Assembly (NCBI GenBank): GCA_052326585.1
Contig: JBKQLU010000023.1
Coordinates: forward strand, 7,800-71,799
DNA: 64,000 bases
Source of the DNA: Desulfobaccales bacterium
GTDB taxonomy: Bacteria; Desulfobacterota; Desulfobaccia; Desulfobaccales; 0-14-0-80-60-11
Reading direction: 5' to 3'
This document shows, piece after piece, positions 57,077-64,000 of the stretch (within the stretch, counting starts at the first letter, position 1; each line of letters starts with the position of its first letter). The notes under the pieces are model-generated. The model had not been told where the DNA came from, searched no databases, and saw only the letters and a program-made list of their open reading frames with translations. The position numbers were made by a program, and so were the translations under genes.

Positions 57077-58633
57077 CTACTGGGCCTTGGCGTCGGATTG
57101 CTTCAGGAAACTCCTGGCCATTTGGCCGGCTTCCTCCAATTTTTCCCGAAACGACAATCCGGCAAAGTCGGGGTTAATGCTCACGTAGTTTTTCAGGCAA
57201 AAGAGCACCATCTGCACCCTATCCTGGTCTTCGGCCAGGTCCGGGTTCTTGCTGAGGAAGTCCTGGACCATGGACTTCACCTCTTGGAGCTTCTTGGTCC
57301 TTTGGGGCTGAGGGACCATTGACGCAGCCCAGGGGAATTCCAGGGAAGCGCGGTCATGGGCTGGGGAGGAACCCCTGGCCTCAGGGCCGCCAGTGGCAGG
57401 GGAGGCAAAGAATTGCTCTATCTCCGCCACCACCCGATCCAGTTCAGTGACCTTGGCTTCCAGCCCTGAGAGGATCGTTTCCTGGCGGCAGGTCTCGGCG
57501 ATCACCTTCTCTCCCAGAGCGGCCAGGAGCTGAAAAAATTGCCCGGAAACCGATTTTCCAAACTTGGGGCTGGAAGCTTCGGGATCCAGATCACCGAACA
57601 GTTGCCGGGTCAGGTCCTCCCCCTCCGGTGCTAGAATGTGGAGCCCCGCCGGCACCAGGGCGCAGGACTCCGGCGCGGGCTGGCCGGCACCCGGAGGGGC
57701 GAGCGCCGCGGTCCCGGCGCCCGCTTCCAGCCCTGACTCCGGCCCCAAGAGCTGGTCGCCGGCCACCAGACTTTTTAGATATTGCCACCTTTCCCCATTA
57801 ATGCGGGCGTCGCCGTGGGGGGCGTGCCATAACAGCCCCAACAATAGCTGCCGTTCTCTCAGGCCCACCGACAATGAAGCCATCAGGATATCCCGATAGT
57901 ATTTGCCCATGGCTGAGCACGGCTCCCGCAAGGCCCTGAGCACCACTTCATGGGAGACGATGGCCCGGTGGATATCCTCCCAACTGGGCAATTCCAGCGA
58001 TTCGGGCCCGGCTTGGCTCTGCTGTTCCCGGAGGAATTGCCAGACGGCTGCCGTCGGCGCCTGGGGGGCGTTCACCCAGGGGGGCTTAACCCAGCGCCAG
58101 GCTTGCCGGGTCTCCGGGTCGATGGAGGTAGGCGCCAGAACCAGACCCTCTGCCCCATAAACCGTGACCATTCTGGCCGAAAAGGAAGCGGGTGGTTCCG
58201 TCTCCGGGGGCAGGGCGTAATAATGCTGCTCCCGGTAACTCGCCAGTTCCGCCACGCACTGGGCTCGCCAATCCCCCAGCAGGTCCAGAGAAAAAGTCCC
58301 CTCTCCCTTATTGACCTCCAGGACCAGCAGTTGGGAAGGCCGGCCGGTGCGAACCACCAGGTTAACCTGGACCCCATCCATCCCCAATTCTGCCAGTTGT
58401 CTCCAGCAGACCTCCTTGGGCTGGCGCAGGTCCAACCCCAAATCGGCGCCGCCCCGGACGCTGATGACCGCCATGGTCCAACCCAGATCCCGGTAGTGGC
58501 TCAGATGCTCCCACAACTGGCTGTGGTGATCCAGGTTCTCTTTGCGGTCCAGGATGAAGCCAATCTCATCCTGCCCCAGCCTGACGTTAAACTCTTTGGC
58601 AGCCAAGTTTTGACCCTCTTCCCTAGAGGTCAT
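57077..58633 (-). CDS. Hypothetical 518-aa protein with an N-terminal PrimPol-like (bifunctional primase/polymerase N-terminal) pattern and degenerate catalytic residues
   Basis: The ORF itself is solid. The domain call rests on pattern only: LGWTMAVIS; NLVVRTGRPSQLLVLEVNKGEG, where PrimPols have hhhhDhD; REQHYYALPP; VTVYGAEGLVLAPTSIDPETRQAWRWV. The remaining about 300 aa are unrecognised. Confidence 0.45.
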   Translation of the reverse strand: MTSREEGQNLAAKEFNVRLGQDEIGFILDRKENLDHHSQLWEHLSHYRDLGWTMAVISVRGGADLGLDLRQPKEVCWRQLAELGMDGVQVNLVVRTGRPSQLLVLEVNKGEGTFSLDLLGDWRAQCVAELASYREQHYYALPPETEPPASFSARMVTVYGAEGLVLAPTSIDPETRQAWRWVKPPWVNAPQAPTAAVWQFLREQQSQAGPESLELPSWEDIHRAIVSHEVVLRALREPCSAMGKYYRDILMASLSVGLRERQLLLGLLWHAPHGDARINGERWQYLKSLVAGDQLLGPESGLEAGAGTAALAPPGAGQPAPESCALVPAGLHILAPEGEDLTRQLFGDLDPEASSPKFGKSVSGQFFQLLAALGEKVIAETCRQETILSGLEAKVTELDRVVAEIEQFFASPATGGPEARGSSPAHDRASLEFPWAASMVPQPQRTKKLQEVKSMVQDFLSKNPDLAEDQDRVQMVLFCLKNYVSINPDFAGLSFREKLEEAGQMARSFLKQSDAKAQ

Positions 58634-58911
58634 GATGCATCACGCCAAACCCGCAAGTTCGGGTCAGGCGGCCAAGACCCCATATTGATAACCGCGTTAT
58701 CGATATTGTCAGGGACAACGCCAGGCTGGGCAATCGGGGCATCCCTGATTCTGGGGTTCGATTTCCCCCATTTTTAGGGTTACCCCTGGAGAAGAGTGGA
58801 CCCCGGTCCGAAAACCCGGGACGAGGCGCGGCGAGCCCGCCCGTTAAGGTGCGGGAGCTCTTGGCTTAAAGCAGGTTGGGAAGGGGAGGCGGGCGGAAAC
58901 CTTATTTCTCT

Positions 58912-58981
58912 GTCACCCTGAACGAAGTGAAGGATCTCAAGTCACTAAAAATACGAGATTCTGCGCGGCGCGCGGAATGAC
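58912..58981. repeat. Imperfect inverted repeat of the GTCAYYCTGARCGAAG...GAATGAC type (REP/MITE-like palindromic element)
   Basis: GTCACCCTGAACGAAGTGAAGGATCTC, a 16 nt spacer, then GAGATTCTGCGCGGCGCGCGGAATGAC. The arm termini GTCA...ATCTC and GAGAT...TGAC are complementary and the centre is diverged. Only this single copy was seen in the window. Confidence 0.55.
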
Positions 58982-59014
58982 ATTTCTGGTCCGAGCGTGG
59001 ATTTGCCAAAGCTT

Positions 59015-59797
59015 CTAGGATTTGATCGCCCGTTGCAGGTTGTGGATCTCGCGGCAGCGTCCCTGGGGGTCGATCTGCAACACCACCCCCTGAAGCTGGA
59101 TATTGCTGCTGGCCACCTTGAAAGGCTGGGGGAGCTGGGTCCAGAAACGCTCCAGGATGATTTCCCGCTTCATGCCGATGACCGAATCCGTCGGGCCGGT
59201 CATGCCGGCGTCGCTCAGGTAGCCGGTGCCTCCGGGCAGGACCCGGCCATCGGCGGTCTGCACATGGGTGTGGGTGCCTACCACGGCGCTTACCCGGCCG
59301 TCCAGAAACCAGCCCAGGGCCTGCTTTTCGCTGGTGGCTTCGGCGTGCATGTCTACCAGGATGACCTTGAGCTCCTTGGGCAGGAGCCCCAGGACCCGAT
59401 CCGCGGTGCGGAACGGGCAGTCGATGGTGTTCATGAAGACGCGGCCCTCCAGGTTAATGACGCCCACCGACTCCCCGGCCGCGGTCTCCACCACCGCATA
59501 GCCGCGCCCGGGGGTCTCCGGGGGGTAATTGGCGGGACGCAGCAAGCGGTCGGTCTCCTCCAGATAAGGGAGGATCTCTTTGTGCTTCCAGATGTGGTTG
59601 CCGCTGGTGAGCAGGTCGATGCCGTAGCTGAAGAGCTGGTCGGCCACCGCGGGGGTGATGCCAATGCCCCCGGAGGCGTTTTCCCCGTTGGCCACCACCA
59701 GGTCGATGAAATATTGGTCCACCAACCGGGGCAGGAGTTCTTCCACGGCCCGCCGCCCCGGGTTGCCAACGATATCGCCGATAAACAGGATATTCAT
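59015..59797 (-). CDS. ymdB: YmdB-family metallophosphoesterase (2',3'-cyclic-nucleotide phosphodiesterase-like)
   Basis: Start taken at MNILFIGDIVGNPGR. GENASGG, GNHIW and DMHAEATSEK motifs are present. It lies directly downstream of rny, as in many bacteria. Confidence 0.88.
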   Translation of the reverse strand: MNILFIGDIVGNPGRRAVEELLPRLVDQYFIDLVVANGENASGGIGITPAVADQLFSYGIDLLTSGNHIWKHKEILPYLEETDRLLRPANYPPETPGRGYAVVETAAGESVGVINLEGRVFMNTIDCPFRTADRVLGLLPKELKVILVDMHAEATSEKQALGWFLDGRVSAVVGTHTHVQTADGRVLPGGTGYLSDAGMTGPTDSVIGMKREIILERFWTQLPQPFKVASSNIQLQGVVLQIDPQGRCREIHNLQRAIKS

Positions 59798-59810
59798 GCC
59801 GGGCGCCACC

Positions 59811-61373
59811 TCAGCGGGCGTACTCTACCGCCCGGGTCTCCCGGATGACGGTAACCTTGATCTGGCCGGGATAGCTGAGGTCCTGTTCGATCTTTTTAGC
59901 CACCTCCCGGCTTAACAGTGCGGCTTCCTCGTCATTGACCTTATCCGACTCCACGATGAGCCGGATTTCCCGGCCCGCCTGGATGGCGTAGGATTTACTG
60001 ATGCCGCCGAAGGAGAGGGCCACCTGCTCCAGGTCCTCCAGGCGCTTGACATAAGTCTCGAGCATCTCCCGGCGGGCCCCGGGACGGGCTCCGGAGAGGG
60101 TGTCGGCGGCCTGGACCAGGACGGCCATGATGCTCTCCGACGGGACGTCTTCATGGTGGGCGGCGATGGCGTTTACCAACTTGGGGGTTTCGCCGTAACG
60201 CTTGGCCAAATCGGCGCCGATCAGGGCGTGTACCCCTTCCGCTTCCTGGTCCACCGCCTTGCCGATGTCGTGCAGCAGGCCGGCCCGTTTGGAGAGTTTG
60301 GCGTTGAGGCCCAATTCCGCGGCCATGATGCCACAGAGGTAACAGACTTCCACGGAGTGCTGCAGGACGTTCTGCGCGTAGCTGGTGCGGAATTTCAACC
60401 GGCCCAGCAGCTTGATGAGATCCGGATGGAGGCCATGCACCCCGGTGTCGAAGGCGGCTCCCTCACCGGCTTCCCGCATGTTCGTCTCCAGTTCCACGTT
60501 GACCTTCTCCACGATCTCCTCGATGCGTCCGGGGTGGATGCGGCCATCGGAGATGAGGCGTTCCAGGCTGCGGCGGGCCACTTCCCGGCGCACCGGGTTG
60601 AAGGCGCTGAGGATCACGGCCTCAGGGGTGTCGTCGATGATAATGTCCACCCCGGTGGCCGCCTCCAGGGCCCTGATGTTCCGTCCTTCCCTGCCGATGA
60701 TCCGGCCCTTCATCTCCTCGTTGGGCAGGGCCACCACCGACACCGTCTGCTCGGTCACGTAATCAGAGGCGTAGCGTTTGATGGCCAGGGCAATGATCTC
60801 TTTGGCCTTGCGGTCGGCGTGCTCCCGGGCCTCGGTTTCGATGCGTTTCACCATGCGGGCGGCGTCGGCCCGGATCTCCCGCTCCATGGACTTGAGAAGA
60901 AAATCCTTGGCCTCGGAGGCGCTCATCCCCGCCAATTGTTCCAGACGAGCGTTTTGCTCCGAGAGCAAATGCTGGTAGCTCTCCATCTGGCCCTTGAGCT
61001 CCTCCTCCCGCTGGGCTACCTGCTTGTATTTATTCACGAGCTCCGTGTCACGTTCGTCCAGCAAATCTCCCTTCTTCTCCAGGTGCTCCTCTTTCTGGAG
61101 CAGGCGGCGTTCCAGCTGGGTGAGTCCCTGACGCCGTTCCTGGGTCTCTTTTTCGAAGTTCACCTTCAATTGCAGGTACTGATCCTTGGCCTGCAGCTTG
61201 GACTCTTTTTTGATGGTGTCCGCTTCCTTGCGGGCCTCGTCCAGGATCTTCTTGCCCAGGGCTTCCAGGGATTCATGGTGGGCGTCCATGACGTATTTGC
61301 GATAGAAGAAACCGGCGGCGAAGCCGGCGGCTATGGCCAAACCTTCAACCAGGATGTGTGCCAATATCCCCAT
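59811..61373 (-). CDS. rny: Ribonuclease Y
   Basis: 520 aa. N-terminal TM helix, coiled coil, KH domain (GRIIGREGRNIRALE), and HD domain (LHDIGKA). Confidence 0.95.
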   Translation of the reverse strand: MGILAHILVEGLAIAAGFAAGFFYRKYVMDAHHESLEALGKKILDEARKEADTIKKESKLQAKDQYLQLKVNFEKETQERRQGLTQLERRLLQKEEHLEKKGDLLDERDTELVNKYKQVAQREEELKGQMESYQHLLSEQNARLEQLAGMSASEAKDFLLKSMEREIRADAARMVKRIETEAREHADRKAKEIIALAIKRYASDYVTEQTVSVVALPNEEMKGRIIGREGRNIRALEAATGVDIIIDDTPEAVILSAFNPVRREVARRSLERLISDGRIHPGRIEEIVEKVNVELETNMREAGEGAAFDTGVHGLHPDLIKLLGRLKFRTSYAQNVLQHSVEVCYLCGIMAAELGLNAKLSKRAGLLHDIGKAVDQEAEGVHALIGADLAKRYGETPKLVNAIAAHHEDVPSESIMAVLVQAADTLSGARPGARREMLETYVKRLEDLEQVALSFGGISKSYAIQAGREIRLIVESDKVNDEEAALLSREVAKKIEQDLSYPGQIKVTVIRETRAVEYAR

Positions 61374-61509
61374 GGGATTTCCCCTGTGCTTATATATTAG
61401 CCGTGGCGCACGCCACCTGCCGTCAAGGGGCGCCGCCTACGGGTGCGGCTCATGCGTCTCACGCACGTCGAGTTGCAGACTTGTGGGTCAGGAGTGGCTC
61501 TTGGGGCCA

Positions 61510-61800
61510 CCAGAAAGAGGGGCGCGGGCGGACATTGGGGTACGGCTTGGCTGACCTTTGGGGGTCAGGTGAGAGTCAAAAGCTACCAGTCCCTATCCAT
61601 AGTGGAGGAGGGGTTCCCTGGGCCTGGTCTCTTTCCTCCCTTGCAGTTGTTTATCGTTTCCCGGGGTTAGCCCGGGACGAGATCTTCCTTAATGATATTC
61701 ACCAGGGTCAATTTCTGACCGGTGCACTCCTATTTTGAATCCGCCCCGAATGTGCGACGCTCTTTCGTTCACCCACCCCATGCCCTGCCTCCCTGGCTGG
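61510..61800 (-). ncRNA. Candidate structured RNA in the zapA-rny spacer (6S/SsrS-like position, but about 290 nt)
   Basis: The 461-bp spacer is non-coding. A long-range irregular helix is visible by eye: 61775-61800 (CCAGCCAGGGAGGCAGGGCAUGGGGU) pairs with 61510-61541 (ACCCCAAUGUCCG...CCUCUUUCUGG), giving about 25 bp with bulges. Several internal hairpins are also present. The strand is assumed from zapA synteny. Confidence 0.25.
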
Positions 61801-61834
61801 AGAGTTCCGCCTCCGGGAACTCGGGGCGCGCCTC

Positions 61835-62116
61835 TCAAGGACCGGGAGGAAAATAAGAATCGTGGGTCTCCAGCATTTCAATCAACAGTTTTGACCGTTG
61901 TTCGATCTCGGCATGGAGCTGTTGATAATCCTCCTTGCTCTCCAGGCATTCATATGCCAGGTTAAGTGCGGCCAGAATTGCCAGGTCGGCCAGGGGGCTG
62001 GCGGGGAAGGCCCGCTGCAGTTCTCGCAGTTGCTCATCCACACGGCGCGCCACGACTTGCAGGCCGTCCGGAGAGATAGTCCCCTTCAAGGTGAAGGTGC
62101 GCCCCAATATCTCCAC
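61835..62116 (-). CDS. zapA: Cell division protein ZapA
   Basis: 93 aa with a GTG start. VEILGRTFTLKG... and LAILAALNLAYE match the ZapA pattern. Confidence 0.8.
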   Translation of the reverse strand: MEILGRTFTLKGTISPDGLQVVARRVDEQLRELQRAFPASPLADLAILAALNLAYECLESKEDYQQLHAEIEQRSKLLIEMLETHDSYFPPGP

Positions 62117-62145
62117 TCTGACCGGTTTTGGCTCTTGACCCGGGT

Positions 62146-62382
62146 TTATGCCGATTCTCCTGTATCGATGATTTTTAAGCGATTCAGGATCTTATCGATC
62201 CTCTGGCGAATCATCTCCCGCTCCTGGGTAAGCTTTTCCAGGGCCGTCTCGGCCTCCTTAAGGGCTTTTTCCTTCTCAACCAGGGTCTGCTCCAGGACTC
62301 GGTTAACCTCCTTCAGCCTGGCAGTCTGGCCGACGACCATCTCCAATTTTTGTTCCAGTACCGTGAAAAGATCTGTAACCAC
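62146..62382 (-). CDS. ZapB-like coiled-coil protein
   Basis: 78 aa, an all-heptad coiled coil (LFTVLEQKLEMVVGQTARLKEVNRVLEQ...). It lies immediately upstream of zapA. Confidence 0.55.
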   Translation of the reverse strand: MVTDLFTVLEQKLEMVVGQTARLKEVNRVLEQTLVEKEKALKEAETALEKLTQEREMIRQRIDKILNRLKIIDTGESA

Positions 62383-62420
62383 CGATACCCTCCATTACCT
62401 GGATTGTGCCCTTGCGGGCC

Positions 62421-64000
62421 TTAAATGTCAAGCATTTTTGCAGTCTTAGTCGGGGCCAGGGCCTCCCGCAGGCGAGCCGCCAGATGGGTATAGCGCTTGA
62501 TAGGCCGGTCATTGTGAATGGCCATCCCCAGGGCCCGTTTGCTCCCCAGCAGCACCACCAGACGGCGGCCCCGGGTGAGGGCGGTGTAGAGCAGATTGCG
62601 TTGCAGCAGCATATAGTGGTGGGTGGAGAGCACCAGGAGCACCCCGGGGAATTCGCTGCCCTGGGCCTTGTGCACCGTCACCGCGTAGGCCAGGGTGATC
62701 TCGTCCTTCTCACCCGGGTCATAGGTGACCACCCGGCCTTCGAAATCCACCTGGAGCTGGCCGGTGGCCGGAACATAACCGCACACCTGGCCGATATCGC
62801 CGTTGAATACCTCCTTATAATAATTATTCCTAAGCTGCATCACCTTGTCCAGGCGGCGGAAGCTCCGGCCTCCCCAGGCCCAGGGGTGGCTTTCCGGATT
62901 AAGCCGTTGTTGCAGCTCGTGGTTCAGGTTTTGGATGCCTACCGGCCCCCGGTGCATCGGGGTGATCACCTGGAGGTCCCGCACGGGGTCCAGGCCGTAG
63001 CGCCGGGGAATCTCGCGGCTTACCAGGTCCAGCAGACGACGCTTCAAATCTTCGGGTTCGTCCGATTCGCTGAAGACGAAATCCCCCTGCCCCAGCTTGG
63101 TGGGCAAAACCGGGAAGAGCCCCTGGTTGATCCGGTGGGCGTTGACCACAATGAGACTCTCCTGGGCCTGGCGGTAAATCTGGGTGAGGCGCATCACCTT
63201 GACGACCTCCGAGTCCATCAGGTCCTTGAGGACGTTGCCGGGTCCCACCGCCGGGAGCTGGTGGGAGTCACCCACCAGGAGGAGACGGGCGCTGGCGGGG
63301 ATGGCCCGCAGCAAGTGATACATCAGGTAAATATCCACCATGGAGGTTTCGTCCACCACCACCACCTCGGCCTTGAGGGGTTGGGCGGGATTGCGCCGGA
63401 AACCGCCGGTCTGGGGTGAGAACTCCAGGGCCCGGTGAATGGTGGAGGCTGCCGCCCCGGTGGTTTCGTTCAGGCGCTTGGCAGCCCGGCCCGTGGGGGC
63501 CATGAGCAACACCCGGGCTCCCAGGCCCTGGTACAGAGCCAGGATGCAACTGATGATGGTGGTCTTGCCGGTGCCGGGGCCGCCGGTGATCACCATGACT
63601 TTCTCTTTGAGGGCCGCAGTCACGGCCTGGGCTTGCTCCTCGGAGAGGGTGATATGGAGGCTGGTCTGCACTTGGGCCAGGAGATCGTCCAACTGCCAGG
63701 GTGGCGCCGCGCCGGGGGCGGCGGCCAGGCGTCCCAAGGCCTGGGCTACCCCGGTCTCGGCCACCCAGGCGGCCCGCTTATAGACGCCGCGGCCCCCCGG
63801 CATCTCCGCCAGGGTCAGCCGTCCTTCCCGGGCCTGGGATTCGAGCATCCGCAGCAATGGCTTCCGGTCCACTTGCAGCAATTCCTCGGTGTGGTGCAAC
63901 AGTTCTTCTTCAGGAACATAGACGTGGCCGTCGCTGGCCAGGGTGTCCAGGACGTGCAGCAGACCCGCGGCCAGGCGGGCCGGGGCCAAAGGGTCCAGAT
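62421..64000 (-). CDS. RecD2/RecD-like SF1 DNA helicase (N-terminus beyond the window edge)
   Basis: VITGGPGTGKTT, LLVGDSHQLPAVGPG, and TVHKAQGSEF followed by LYTALTRGRR. The reading frame stays open to the window end. Confidence 0.85.
   Translation of the reverse strand, partial: LDPLAPARLAAGLLHVLDTLASDGHVYVPEEELLHHTEELLQVDRKPLLRMLESQAREGRLTLAEMPGGRGVYKRAAWVAETGVAQALGRLAAAPGAAPPWQLDDLLAQVQTSLHITLSEEQAQAVTAALKEKVMVITGGPGTGKTTIISCILALYQGLGARVLLMAPTGRAAKRLNETTGAAASTIHRALEFSPQTGGFRRNPAQPLKAEVVVVDETSMVDIYLMYHLLRAIPASARLLLVGDSHQLPAVGPGNVLKDLMDSEVVKVMRLTQIYRQAQESLIVVNAHRINQGLFPVLPTKLGQGDFVFSESDEPEDLKRRLLDLVSREIPRRYGLDPVRDLQVITPMHRGPVGIQNLNHELQQRLNPESHPWAWGGRSFRRLDKVMQLRNNYYKEVFNGDIGQVCGYVPATGQLQVDFEGRVVTYDPGEKDEITLAYAVTVHKAQGSEFPGVLLVLSTHHYMLLQRNLLYTALTRGRRLVVLLGSKRALGMAIHNDRPIKRYTHLAARLREALAPTKTAKMLDI

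Overview
All calls come from reading the sequence and the ORF track. No homology search, folding or composition program was run, so product names rest on recognised motifs, and G+C statements are by-eye estimates.

The window is a high-GC bacterial chromosomal segment (roughly 60% G+C by eye) with several AT-rich patches. Gene content looks like an anaerobic Desulfobacterota/deltaproteobacterial-type organism. That placement is inference only.

Gene order along the window:
- rodA
- a partial F1Fo ATP synthase operon (b', b, delta, alpha, gamma, beta, epsilon; no a, c or I subunits)
- glmU-glmS
- a seven-gene minus-strand string: Fur-family regulator, small ORF, metal ABC transporter (ATPase, permease, binding protein), lipoprotein Cu/Zn-SOD, HTH/Zn-ribbon protein
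- a lower-GC block: CMD-family protein, DUF4019-like protein, acetoacetyl-CoA synthetase, two hydrolases, an MFS transporter
- a MoxR/VWA pair and a flavoprotein
- a roughly 3 kb AT-rich islet beside tRNA-His
- an AmmeMemoRadiSam-type radical SAM gene and an AlgX-like SGNH protein
- cobO and cobU-cobT-cobS
- prfB with its programmed +1 frameshift
- a redox cluster: two flavin reductases, a NifX-like protein, and an HdrD/GlpC-like Fe-S protein split by one in-frame TGA (probable selenocysteine)
- a PcaR-type catabolic cluster: family III CoA-transferase, two MaoC hotdog genes, acyl-CoA ligase, MFS transporter, thiolase
- nfi, thiL and a BI-1-like protein
- a tight four-gene operon: PrimPol-like protein, PilZ-TM protein, MinD/ParA ATPase, MshEN-AAA+ ATPase
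- ymdB-rny, a long structured spacer, zapA, a zapB-like gene, and a partial recD2-like helicase

No rRNA, CRISPR array, transposase or integrase was seen.

Best candidates for undescribed biology:
1. The tRNA-His-adjacent islet, which carries a ParB/Srx-HTH-nuclease-like fusion and a 5-TM partner, bracketed by about 85 bp direct repeats.
2. The PrimPol-like / PilZ / MinD / MshEN-AAA+ operon.

Secondary items are an orphan promoter-to-terminator small transcript, a structured zapA-rny spacer, and the selenoprotein recoding site.
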